Positions 17,162 through 26,093 of a stretch of DNA of 50,782 bases are shown here, piece by piece. The stretch comes from Candidatus Moraniibacteriota bacterium. GTDB lineage: Bacteria > Patescibacteriota > Minisyncoccia > Moranbacterales > GWC2-37-73. The stretch spans positions 1 to 50,782 of the forward strand of contig JBBQCF010000002.1 in assembly GCA_038318455.1 (NCBI GenBank). The letters run 5' to 3'. The translations under genes were made by a program, and so were the position numbers. The notes under the pieces are model-generated. The model did no database searches. It was not told where the DNA came from and saw nothing but the letters and a program-made list of their open reading frames with translations. Each line of letters starts with the position of its first letter. Position 1 is the stretch's first letter.

Positions 17162-18295
17162 ATGAACAAAAGCAAAATGTCCGCCCAAGGCGGATTCGCC
17201 TTGGGCGGAAAAAAAATATTATTGATATTGTCATTTATATTATTGACGATGCCATTTGTTTCTCATGCTGAAACAAAAAAAACTGCAATTTTATTTTATG
17301 CAGATTGGTGCCCTCATTGTCATAAGGTAGATGAATATTTCAAACAGCAAGGATTTTATGAAAAATATGATATTCAGAAGTTAAATTTTGATGATCCTGT
17401 TAATAAAGAATTATTGGGAAAAATTTTTACAAGCAAGAGTGATATTAAAAATCTTGGTATCCCTGCTATTGTTATTGACGATACCCTTATTGCTGGCGAT
17501 CAGCCAATTATCAGTGGGTTTGCTAGCGCTATGGAAAATTCCAAGGGAATTGCGCAGGATTTTATTGATGGTTTTACTGCCAAAAGTATTGCTGAAAAAA
17601 ACATTACAAATAATGCAGTTAATATCCCAATCTGGCTCTTATTGGGAGCAGCTTTTGCCGACGCTGCTAATCCTTGTGCCTTGGCAGTGCTTATCTTATT
17701 ACTAGCAACCGTTATTTCAGCTAAAGGCAGGACGCGCGCTTTGCTTTCGGGCCTTATGTTTTCTTTGGCAATTTTTCTTTCCTATCTTTTAATGGGACTT
17801 AGTGTTTACAAGGCAATTGGTGCTTTTGGAGTTTCAAAATATCTTTCATTGGGGGTTGGAATCTTAGCTATCATTATCGCAATAGCTAATTTTAAAGATG
17901 TTTTTTGGTATGGAAAATTCTTTGTCATGGAAGTTCCTCTTTCTTGGCGTCCAAAAATGCAAGAAATTATCCGTCGTGCCACGAGTCCATGGAGTGCGTT
18001 TGGGATTGGTTTTTTGGTGAGTCTATTTTTGGTGCCATGTGCTAGCGGACCATATGTTGTTATTCTGGGAAAATTGGCAGAAAAAACCGAAACAGCCAGG
18101 ACTTTTACTTTGCTGATGCTATATAATTTGGTTTTTGTTTCTCCAATGATCTTGATAACACTAGGAATGTATTTTTTTAATGCCAAATTGAGCAAACTGG
18201 AAAAGATGAGACGAGACAACTTGAGAACACTTCATGCGATCACGGGAGTTATAATGTTGGCAGTTGGAGTGTATTTGATATATACTAAATTGTAG
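17162..18295 (+). CDS. Fusion protein: exported thioredoxin-fold domain (CPHC) plus CcdA/DsbD-type transmembrane thiol-disulfide transporter
   Basis: Signal-like ILLILSFILLTMPFVSHA, ILFYADWCPHCHKV, then a 6-TM region with ANPCALAVL and VPCASGPY Cys motifs. The ATG at 17162 is preferred over the TTG at 17153. Confidence 0.8.
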   Translation: MNKSKMSAQGGFALGGKKILLILSFILLTMPFVSHAETKKTAILFYADWCPHCHKVDEYFKQQGFYEKYDIQKLNFDDPVNKELLGKIFTSKSDIKNLGIPAIVIDDTLIAGDQPIISGFASAMENSKGIAQDFIDGFTAKSIAEKNITNNAVNIPIWLLLGAAFADAANPCALAVLILLLATVISAKGRTRALLSGLMFSLAIFLSYLLMGLSVYKAIGAFGVSKYLSLGVGILAIIIAIANFKDVFWYGKFFVMEVPLSWRPKMQEIIRRATSPWSAFGIGFLVSLFLVPCASGPYVVILGKLAEKTETARTFTLLMLYNLVFVSPMILITLGMYFFNAKLSKLEKMRRDNLRTLHAITGVIMLAVGVYLIYTKL

Positions 18296-18332
18296 GTTAA
18301 GTTTTAAAATTAATAAATTAATAAAAAATAAT

Positions 18333-18650
18333 ATGGAAATGGAATTTACAGATCAAAATTTTGAGCAAGAAGTTATCAAAAGTGATGTGCCGGTGTTGGT
18401 TGATTTTTGGGCACCATGGTGTGGACCATGTCAAATGATGGGACCAGTCGTGGCTGAACTTGCCACGGATATGGGAAGCATCGCTAAGGTTGGAAAAATA
18501 AATGTTGATGAGAATGGAGAAACTTCATCAAAATTTAGCATCATGTCTATTCCAGCTATTAAGATTTTCAAAGGTGGCGTAGTCGTGAAAGAATTTGTTG
18601 GTGTGCAATCAAAAGAAAATTTAAAGAAAGAGCTTGAAGCACTTTGCTAG
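18333..18650 (+). CDS. trxA: Thioredoxin
   Basis: VDFWAPWCGPCQMMGP active site; 105 aa. Confidence 0.93.
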   Translation: MEMEFTDQNFEQEVIKSDVPVLVDFWAPWCGPCQMMGPVVAELATDMGSIAKVGKINVDENGETSSKFSIMSIPAIKIFKGGVVVKEFVGVQSKENLKKELEALC

Positions 18651-18670
18651 CTTATAGTTAAGTTTTTTCA

Positions 18671-18705
18671 AAACAACCGTTGTAAAATGCGGTTGTTTTT
18701 ATTTT
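18671..18705 (+). terminator. Rho-independent terminator
   Basis: AAACAACCG (18671-18679) / CGGTTGTTT (18690-18698) followed by a T-run. Confidence 0.7.
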
Positions 18706-18756
18706 ATTATTTTTGAGGTATAATGGATATATCAAAAATATATTAAAAATAAAAAT

Positions 18757-19674
18757 ATGTACGATCTTATTATTATTGGAGCTGGACCTGCCGGACTTGG
18801 AGCATCAATTTATGCTTCGCGGTATAAGCTTAGTCATGCAGTGATTGGTAGTGAGATTGGAGGACAAGTGACTGAAGCATGGGAAATTGAGAATTATGCC
18901 GGAATTGAATCAATTTCAGGCAAAGATTTGATGGAAAAATTTGTACAGCAAACAAAAGGTCTGGGTGGCACTATAATTCAAGGTGCAGTTAATAGCGTTA
19001 AAAATATTGAGGATGGATTTGAAGTCATTACTAGTGATGAAAAAAAATACGAAACAAAAACCATTATTTTAGCATTAGGCATGAAAGCAAGAAAAATGAA
19101 CATTCCTGGTGAGGATAAGTTTATTGGTAAAGGTGTTTCATATTGCGCGACATGTGACGCTATGTTTTTTAGGGGAAAGGATGTGGTGGTCATTGGTGGG
19201 GGCGACGCTGCTGCCACAGCAGCCATTCATTTGGCTGAATTTGCCAATAGCGTGCAGTTATTATACAAGGAAGGTACGAAAACATTTGAACCGACTTGGG
19301 ATGAAAAAATGAGAAAAAATGGAAAAATTGCTATGAGTACTTTTTCAAAAATTATCAGTGTTATTGGAGATGAAAAGGTATCAGCCCTAGAATATGAATT
19401 AAATGGAGAAAAGAAAGAACTTTTAGTGCAGGGAGTATTTATTGAAATAGGCTCTATTCCTGGTGCGGTTGTTGCGCAAAATCTTGGAGTACAAACTGAT
19501 GAGCAGGGCTATATTGTTGTAAAGCAAGACCAAAGTACCAACATTGAAAATGTTTATGCGGCAGGTGATGCGACAACGGGTTCAAACAAGTTCAGGCAAA
19601 TTATCACAGCAGTTGCTGAAGGATCGGTGGCGGCAGGAAGTGTGTATAAAAAATTGAAATTAGCTAAGAAATAA
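18757..19674 (+). CDS. trxB: Thioredoxin-disulfide reductase
   Basis: GAGPAG FAD motif, CATCDA redox centre, GGGDAA NADPH motif. Confidence 0.92.
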   Translation: MYDLIIIGAGPAGLGASIYASRYKLSHAVIGSEIGGQVTEAWEIENYAGIESISGKDLMEKFVQQTKGLGGTIIQGAVNSVKNIEDGFEVITSDEKKYETKTIILALGMKARKMNIPGEDKFIGKGVSYCATCDAMFFRGKDVVVIGGGDAAATAAIHLAEFANSVQLLYKEGTKTFEPTWDEKMRKNGKIAMSTFSKIISVIGDEKVSALEYELNGEKKELLVQGVFIEIGSIPGAVVAQNLGVQTDEQGYIVVKQDQSTNIENVYAAGDATTGSNKFRQIITAVAEGSVAAGSVYKKLKLAKK

Positions 19675-19835
19675 AACATTTAGAAATTGCACTATGCAAC
19701 TTTCAACTAACTTCTTCTAGGGAACGCGCTTGGACGAAGCCCATGTCCAAGCACTCAAGAGTTGCTGTCGCAACTGTTGGCCGAAAAAGAAATTAGTTTC
19801 ATGTTGCTGTGAGTAAATTATAAATATTAAAATTT

Positions 19836-20963
19836 ATGAATGAAGCGATTGAACTCTCAAAAAAGATTGGAGGAAAAATAGAAATAAGGAGCAAGAAAAA
19901 ATTGACCAAGGAAAGTTTGGCTGTTTTGTATACTCCTGGTGTGGCAGATGTTTGCAGGGCAATTGCAAAAAACAAAAAACTTTCTTTTGAATATACAATT
20001 CGCAAAAACACGGTGGCAGTTATTTCAGATGGAAGTGCTGTGCTTGGATTGGGGAATATCGGCCCAGAAGCAGGTTTGCCAGTGATGGAGGGGAAGGCAC
20101 TTTTATTTAAGGAATTGGGTGGAGTTGACGCAATTCCAATCGTGCTGGCGACTCAAGACACTGAAGACATTATTAAAATAGTAAAAGCCCTGGCGCCAAC
20201 TTTTGGTGGAATAAATTTGGAGGACATTTCTGCTCCACGCTGTTTTGAAATAGAGAAAAGATTAAAAGAAGAATTGGATATTCCTGTGATGCATGACGAT
20301 CAGCACGGAACTGCGATTGTGGTTTTGGCTGGAATTATTAATGCGCTTAAGGTTGCAAAAAAAGATATTAAAAAAGTGCGGATTGTAATTTCCGGGGCAG
20401 GAGCTGCTGGAACAGCTATCATGAATTTGCTTATGAACTATGGCGCAAAAAATATCGTTGTGGTTGATAGTAGCGGGGTCATATATAAGGAACGTCCAAC
20501 TGGCATGAATGACTTTAAGATTGAAATTGCTAAAATAACCAATCCAATGAACTTGCAAGGAACTTTGCAAGATGCTTTGGCAGAGGCTGATATTTTTATC
20601 GGAGTGAGTGCCCCAAATTTGATAACGCATCTTGATATACGTCGAATGAATAAGGATGCTATTGTTTTTGCAATGAGTAATCCTATTCCTGAAATCATGC
20701 CAGAAGAGGCAAAAAAGGGTGGAGCTTTGATCGTGGCAACTGGAAGATCTGATTATCCAAATCAAATCAATAACGTCTTGGTTTTTCCTGGAATTTTTCG
20801 TGGTGCGCTTGATACGGGAACAAGAAAAATAACCGAATCGCACAAATTAAAAGCTGCCAAGGCAATTGCTGCTTTGATAAAAAAGCCTACTCGTGATAAA
20901 ATAATTCCAGATGCGCTTGATAAGCGTGCACCAAAAGTAGTTGCAAATGTTTTCAAAAAATAA
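19836..20963 (+). CDS. NAD(P)-dependent malic enzyme (short form)
   Basis: [44 protein letters not shown] motifs. Confidence 0.9.
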   Translation: MNEAIELSKKIGGKIEIRSKKKLTKESLAVLYTPGVADVCRAIAKNKKLSFEYTIRKNTVAVISDGSAVLGLGNIGPEAGLPVMEGKALLFKELGGVDAIPIVLATQDTEDIIKIVKALAPTFGGINLEDISAPRCFEIEKRLKEELDIPVMHDDQHGTAIVVLAGIINALKVAKKDIKKVRIVISGAGAAGTAIMNLLMNYGAKNIVVVDSSGVIYKERPTGMNDFKIEIAKITNPMNLQGTLQDALAEADIFIGVSAPNLITHLDIRRMNKDAIVFAMSNPIPEIMPEEAKKGGALIVATGRSDYPNQINNVLVFPGIFRGALDTGTRKITESHKLKAAKAIAALIKKPTRDKIIPDALDKRAPKVVANVFKK

Positions 20964-20969
20964 AACATA

Positions 20970-21072
20970 AATCATAAAACATAGAACATTTCAAAAAGCA
21001 TAAAGCAAAAGAATGTTTAATACGGAATTTGTTTATTTGTATTTTTTGCTCCATGTTCCATGATTTATGATT
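20970..21072 (+). repeat. AT-rich long imperfect hairpin, family 2
   Basis: AATCATAAAACATAGAACAT (20970-20989) pairs with ATGTTCCATGATTTATGATT (21053-21072), 18 of 20 positions. It fills the intergenic gap. Confidence 0.5.
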
Positions 21073-21082
21073 AATAAAACAA

Positions 21083-21532
21083 ATGAATAATATAAAAGTT
21101 CTCAAGCAAACAATTGACCTTGAAAGTAAAAATCAAATCGAATTTTTTGACATTACCGAACGTGTGCAGGAAATAATAACCACTGCTGGTGTTCGCGAGG
21201 GAAATGTTGTCATTTTTGCTCCACATACTACCATGGGTGTGATTATTAATCACAACGAACCTATGCTAATCCAAGATTTTATGCGTATTTTGTATAAACT
21301 TGCTCCAATGGATGATCGTTATTCTCATGACTTATTTGAAATTAGAAAAATCTCCAAGTCAGATGGTAGGAGTAATGGTCATTCCCATTGTAAATCATTT
21401 TTAACTGGAGTAAGTCAGACAATTCCAATTGAAAAAGGAAAGTTGCTCTTAGCTGAAAGTCAAAGTGTGTTCGCAGTAGAATTTGATGGTGCTCGAAAAA
21501 GGGATGTCGTTGTGCAGGTAATGGGAATATAA
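21083..21532 (+). CDS. YjbQ/UPF0047 family protein (secondary thiamine-phosphate synthase-like)
   Basis: Family-typical FDITERV.., PHTTMGVIINHNEP, HSHCKSFLTG, FDGARKRDVVVQV. Confidence 0.8.
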   Translation: MNNIKVLKQTIDLESKNQIEFFDITERVQEIITTAGVREGNVVIFAPHTTMGVIINHNEPMLIQDFMRILYKLAPMDDRYSHDLFEIRKISKSDGRSNGHSHCKSFLTGVSQTIPIEKGKLLLAESQSVFAVEFDGARKRDVVVQVMGI

Positions 21533-21622
21533 TTAAGCTATAAGGCTTATAAAGTTGGACATGAATTTAAATTCATTTTAAAAGCTGGAAACTTTATAGA
21601 TTTAAACTTGCAATTTTTTATT

Positions 21623-22243
21623 ATGAGTAGACTTATAAACGATTTAATTAGGACTGGCTATTTGCGAAATGATAATATCATCGAAGCCTTTTCTAAGGTT
21701 CATAGAATGGAATTTATTCCTAATGATTTTAATCGTCAAGCAGAGGCTAACATATCTTTGCCAATAGGATATGGACAGACAATTTCACAGCCACTTATCG
21801 TAGCATTTATGTTTGAATTGCTTGAACCGCATAAAGGACAAAATATTCTTGATGTTGGTAGTGGTAGTGGTTGGACAACAGCTCTCTTGGCTCATATTGT
21901 CGGTGAAAATGGAAATGTCAGTGCAATGGAAGTTATTCCTGAACTTTGTGCTTATGGAGAAAAAAATGTTAACAAATTTGGCTTTATTAAGAAGGGCATC
22001 GTCCAGTTTCATTGTCAATCTGCAGTAAACGGTCTTGTGGAGAACGCACCTTATGATAGAATTTTAGTCTCTGCTTCAACTGACGAAGTTTTAGTTGCTC
22101 TTAAAGAACAGCTAAAGGTTGGTGGAAAAATGGTTGCTCCTATTAATAATGAAATTTGGTTTATTGAAAAAAAGGGACCAAAAGAATTCAATATTGAAAA
22201 GTTTGCAGGATTTTCTTTTGTTCCATTTGTTGGAAAGCATTAA
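21623..22243 (+). CDS. pcm: Protein-L-isoaspartate O-methyltransferase
   Basis: GYGQTISQPLIVAFMFELL and SAM motif ILDVGSGSGWTTALLA. The ATG at 21623 is preferred over the TTG at 21608. Confidence 0.88.
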   Translation: MSRLINDLIRTGYLRNDNIIEAFSKVHRMEFIPNDFNRQAEANISLPIGYGQTISQPLIVAFMFELLEPHKGQNILDVGSGSGWTTALLAHIVGENGNVSAMEVIPELCAYGEKNVNKFGFIKKGIVQFHCQSAVNGLVENAPYDRILVSASTDEVLVALKEQLKVGGKMVAPINNEIWFIEKKGPKEFNIEKFAGFSFVPFVGKH

Positions 22244-22283
22244 TGCTGGATAGCTGTAAATTTTTTAAGATAGATTGTGATAT

Positions 22284-23303
22284 ATGAAAATTAGAAGAAA
22301 AATTACTATTTTAATATTTGGAATAATTATTCTTGCTGGTGGTTTTTTTTATTTATATAGTGAAATATATTTTTCAAAAGGAATTACTAATAGTAAGAAT
22401 ACTATCTCCATTGAAAGTGGGGATAACGCTTTGATAGTGGGCGAGAAACTAGCTAAGGCTGAAGTTATTAATGGAAAATATTCGTTTGTGATTTATCTGT
22501 GGATTACTCATAAATTGCACTCTATTGTGGCGGGTGTGTATGAATTTCCAGCAGGCATGCAAATCCCAGAGGCTGCAAATATAGTCATTGGTGGTCAGGT
22601 TGTGCCAATGAGAGTGAAGATAACATTTCCAGAAGGTTTTACCATAAAAGATATGGCAGCAAAACTTATAGCTAATGATCTTGCGGGTGATTCATTTGCA
22701 AAATTAGCTAATAAGCCAACTGTTGATATTAAGAGTCCATATCCATTTCTGAATGAATTGCCAGCAAATGCAACTTTGGAAGGATATTTATTTCCTGATA
22801 CTTATTATTTTGCTAAAGATGTGACTGCCAATGAAATTGTTAAAAAAATGTTGGACACTTTTTCTCTCAAGGTTATGGTAGCAATAAAATCTGATTTGGA
22901 ATTGCAAAAGAAATCATTATTTGAAATTATAACAATGGCTAGCATCGTTGAGGGGGAAGTTAAAAATGCTGATGATAGAAAGATAGTGGCGGGCTTATTT
23001 TGGAATAGACTTGAAAATGAAATGCCACTTCAAAGTGATGCCACTTTGGAATATGCTCTTGGTGATAAAAAAATACAACATTCAATAGCGGAGACAAAGA
23101 TTGATTCGCCATATAATTCATATCAAAATAAGGGCCTTCCGCCGGGACCAGTTTCGAATCCAGGACTTGCTTCTATTTTAGCCACACTCAATCCGACACC
23201 AACTAATTTTGTATATTTCTTGACTGATCCAAAAACTGGCAAAACAGTCTTTTCAAAAAACTTTGAAGAACATGTCGCTAATAAGGCGAAATATGGACTC
23301 TGA
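22284..23303 (+). CDS. mltG: Endolytic murein transglycosylase MltG (YceG-like)
   Basis: N-terminal TM, LASIVEGE, YNSYQNKGLPPGPVSNPG motifs. Confidence 0.9.
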   Translation: MKIRRKITILIFGIIILAGGFFYLYSEIYFSKGITNSKNTISIESGDNALIVGEKLAKAEVINGKYSFVIYLWITHKLHSIVAGVYEFPAGMQIPEAANIVIGGQVVPMRVKITFPEGFTIKDMAAKLIANDLAGDSFAKLANKPTVDIKSPYPFLNELPANATLEGYLFPDTYYFAKDVTANEIVKKMLDTFSLKVMVAIKSDLELQKKSLFEIITMASIVEGEVKNADDRKIVAGLFWNRLENEMPLQSDATLEYALGDKKIQHSIAETKIDSPYNSYQNKGLPPGPVSNPGLASILATLNPTPTNFVYFLTDPKTGKTVFSKNFEEHVANKAKYGL

Positions 23304-23321
23304 AAATAGCATGTAAAAATT

Positions 23322-23350
23322 TTGACATTTTGGCTTATTGAAGCTATGAT
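23322..23350 (+). promoter_or_regulatory. Sigma70-type promoter upstream of mreB
   Basis: TTGACA (23322-23327), 17-nt spacer, TATGAT (23345-23350). Confidence 0.5.
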
Positions 23351-23454
23351 ATCAAAAGGTTGAATACAAAAATAAAAGCATGAAAAATTGGTAAATTCTT
23401 AATTAAGAACGGTTTTTTTTGCTTGTTTGGTATAAATATTTATTGATAGTACGG

Positions 23455-24540
23455 ATGATAGAAAAAATTAAAATTTTTTGGCAGAAAATAATTGGTGATT
23501 TCTTTGGAAATATTTCAAGAGATATTGGTATTGATCTTGGAACTGCAAATACACTCGTATATGTTAAGGGTAAAGGAATCATAATCAATGAACCTTCCGT
23601 CGTAGCAATCAACAAGAGAACTGGTCAAGTTTTGGCAATCGGACGTGATGCTAAAAGAATGGTGGGCAAAACTCCTGGACATATTGTTGCCACCAGACCA
23701 CTCGTGGATGGCGTGGTGAGTGATTTTGAAGTGACAACTCAAATGCTTAAATATTTTATTGAGAAAGTTAATAAGGATGCTTTTTCATTTTCACCGAAGC
23801 CTAGAGTTTTGATTGGTATCCCATCATGCATAACTGAAGTTGAAAAAAAAGCTGTTATCGATGCTGCAATGAGTGCTGGTGCGCGCGAAGCTTTTCTTAT
23901 TGAGGAGCCGATGGCTGCAGCAATTGGTGCGCGACTTCCGGTTACCGATGCTAGAGGTAATATGGTTGTTGATATTGGCGGAGGAACTTCTGAAATCGCA
24001 GTTATCTCTCTAGGAGGAATAGTAAGTGCTCGAAGTTTGCGTGTGGCTGGTGACGAAATGAACGAGGATATTATTCGATATTGTAGAGATGAATTTAACC
24101 TTCTTATTGGTGAGAAAAGTGCAGAAGATGTGAAAATTGCCATTGGAAGCGCATATGCCCTCAAAGAACAATTAACAGCACCTATTCGTGGTCGCGATTT
24201 GGTTAGTGGTTTGCCCAAGGAAACCATTGTGAATGATGAACAAATAAGGGAGGCTATTTCACGCTCGATTCGCATTATTGTAAATAATGTTAAAACCGTT
24301 ATTGAAGAAACACCGCCAGAACTTCTTTCTGATATTATGCAAAGAGGAATAATTTTGGCTGGTGGTGGTGGCTTGATCAGGGGATTGGATAAATTAGTTG
24401 CCAATCAAACTGAAATGCCAGTGCGCATGATGGAGGATCCACTTACAGCTGTTGTGAGGGGTATTGGAATAGTTTTAGAAGATCTTGAAACTCTAAAAGA
24501 TGTTCTTGTCGAAGATCAGCGGGAAAAATCTTTCAAATAA
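23455..24540 (+). CDS. mreB: Rod shape-determining protein MreB
   Basis: DIGIDLGTANTLVY, VVDIGGGTSEIAVISLGG actin-fold motifs. The ATG at 23455 is preferred over the upstream start. Confidence 0.93.
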   Translation: MIEKIKIFWQKIIGDFFGNISRDIGIDLGTANTLVYVKGKGIIINEPSVVAINKRTGQVLAIGRDAKRMVGKTPGHIVATRPLVDGVVSDFEVTTQMLKYFIEKVNKDAFSFSPKPRVLIGIPSCITEVEKKAVIDAAMSAGAREAFLIEEPMAAAIGARLPVTDARGNMVVDIGGGTSEIAVISLGGIVSARSLRVAGDEMNEDIIRYCRDEFNLLIGEKSAEDVKIAIGSAYALKEQLTAPIRGRDLVSGLPKETIVNDEQIREAISRSIRIIVNNVKTVIEETPPELLSDIMQRGIILAGGGGLIRGLDKLVANQTEMPVRMMEDPLTAVVRGIGIVLEDLETLKDVLVEDQREKSFK

Positions 24541-24607
24541 AATAACTAATAGAATAAGTTTGGTTATAGATAATTTTCTTATCATATCCGGCCTTATTTG
24601 AAAATAA

Positions 24608-25417
24608 ATGCAGAGAATTGCTCTAACTAAATTATTCAAAGTATTTTTCCTTGCAGCAATATTTTTGCTGCTTGTTTTTTTAAATCCAGTTAGTTTATTT
24701 AGTCCTTTTCGCGAAATTGTTAACGCTATATTTTTACCATTTCAAAAAGTTTTTTATTCTGTCTCTATTAATGTTGAGGAAACGAGAGATTTTCTTTCAT
24801 CAATTGGGCAACTTAAAGATGAAAATGAGAAATTGCTCACAGATAATCAAATATTGATAGCTGAAAATGCAATGCTGTTGGATGTGAAGAATGAAAATTC
24901 ATTTCTTCGTGATCAATTGAGTCTTCTTCCAAGGGATAAATATGAGTTATTGGCATCAAGCGTAATAAGCCAGGATCCCAATGGTATGGGAAACTGGTTG
25001 GAAATTGACAAGGGTAGTAGTGACGGAGTTGTTAGTGGTATGCCAGTTATTGTTTCCAAGGGAATTTTAGTTGGTAGAATTCAAGAAGTTGGCATTAATA
25101 GTTCAAAAATAATGCTACTGACTAATTCAAAAAACACAATAAGTGCAATGACCACTGAAAATAGTGCAAAAGGTGTTGTTAATGGTGGATATGGTTTGAG
25201 TATTATTCTCGACATGGTTTTGCAAACAGATGCTCTTGCTATTGGAGACAATGTTGTAACTTCTGGAACTGGAGGCGAAATACCCAGAGGTCTTTATATT
25301 GGATCGTTACGCGAAATTCACCCTTCAAGCGATCATCTTTTTCAGCAAGCAGTAATTGAATCTCCTCTTATGATTTCAAAATTACAAACAGTTTTTATTA
25401 TAAAAAGTAGTAAATAA
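24608..25417 (+). CDS. mreC: Rod shape-determining protein MreC
   Basis: N-terminal TM, coiled coil (LKDENEKLLTDNQIL), beta-rich C-terminal domain. Lies after mreB. Confidence 0.85.
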   Translation: MQRIALTKLFKVFFLAAIFLLLVFLNPVSLFSPFREIVNAIFLPFQKVFYSVSINVEETRDFLSSIGQLKDENEKLLTDNQILIAENAMLLDVKNENSFLRDQLSLLPRDKYELLASSVISQDPNGMGNWLEIDKGSSDGVVSGMPVIVSKGILVGRIQEVGINSSKIMLLTNSKNTISAMTTENSAKGVVNGGYGLSIILDMVLQTDALAIGDNVVTSGTGGEIPRGLYIGSLREIHPSSDHLFQQAVIESPLMISKLQTVFIIKSSK

Positions 25418-25574
25418 TTTTTTATACAAGAATTTAACAGGATGAATCCAGCAGTGAGAATTCTAAATAATAATAAAATTAATTGTTGAATATTTAATAA
25501 GTAGCTAAAATAAGGAATTAGAATAATTTACGAAATTTTTTTTGGGCAAAGCTCATTCGAATTTCTACTACTGG

Positions 25575-26087
25575 ATGAAGAAAAAATTTATTTACGGACT
25601 ACTTTTGTTTAGTGCAATTATCTTGCAAACAGCTGTTTTGCCGGTAATCTCCTTTGGCTTTGCAACTGGAGATATTTTGCTGATGATTATTTTGGCAGGA
25701 GCTATTTTGGATGGATTCTCTGGTTTTCTGGGGTGGGCTGTTTTTGCTGGTATTATTTATGATCTGGTTAGTTATACGGCAGTTGGAGTACATGTGCTGG
25801 TCTTTATTTTTGTAGTTTATTTTGTGAGTTTTTTTTCCAGAAGATTTTCTGTTGAATTAAGGGGATTTGGTTTGGCATTATTTATGATATTTGTTATTGT
25901 TTCGACATTGGTTTCGCACGTGATTTTAACCGCATTTGCTGAATTTAATAAGCAATCAGGAAATTTTTATCTTAGAGATATTATTGATTTTAAAGTTGTT
26001 GGTATTCAAATATTGTATGATGTGATACTTTTCTTTTGTTGCTTTATTATATTGCGGAAAGCTAAAAAATTCTTCTCTATTAATTAA
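25575..26087 (+). CDS. mreD: Rod shape-determining protein MreD (polytopic membrane protein)
   Basis: About 5 TM helices. Lies between mreC and mrdA. The ATG at 25575 is preferred over the TTG at 25542. Confidence 0.7.
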   Translation: MKKKFIYGLLLFSAIILQTAVLPVISFGFATGDILLMIILAGAILDGFSGFLGWAVFAGIIYDLVSYTAVGVHVLVFIFVVYFVSFFSRRFSVELRGFGLALFMIFVIVSTLVSHVILTAFAEFNKQSGNFYLRDIIDFKVVGIQILYDVILFFCCFIILRKAKKFFSIN

Positions 26088-26093
26088 AAAAAT

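Noticed and set aside
23739-24404. 221-aa antisense ORF within mreB
   Set aside because: A shadow ORF opposite a highly conserved gene, with a low-complexity Ser/Ile/Ala-rich translation. The same reasoning applies to 20262-20843 (opposite the malic enzyme), 3663-4190 (opposite recQ), 5441-5887, 2055-2372, 40754-41074 and the other short antisense ORFs in the track.
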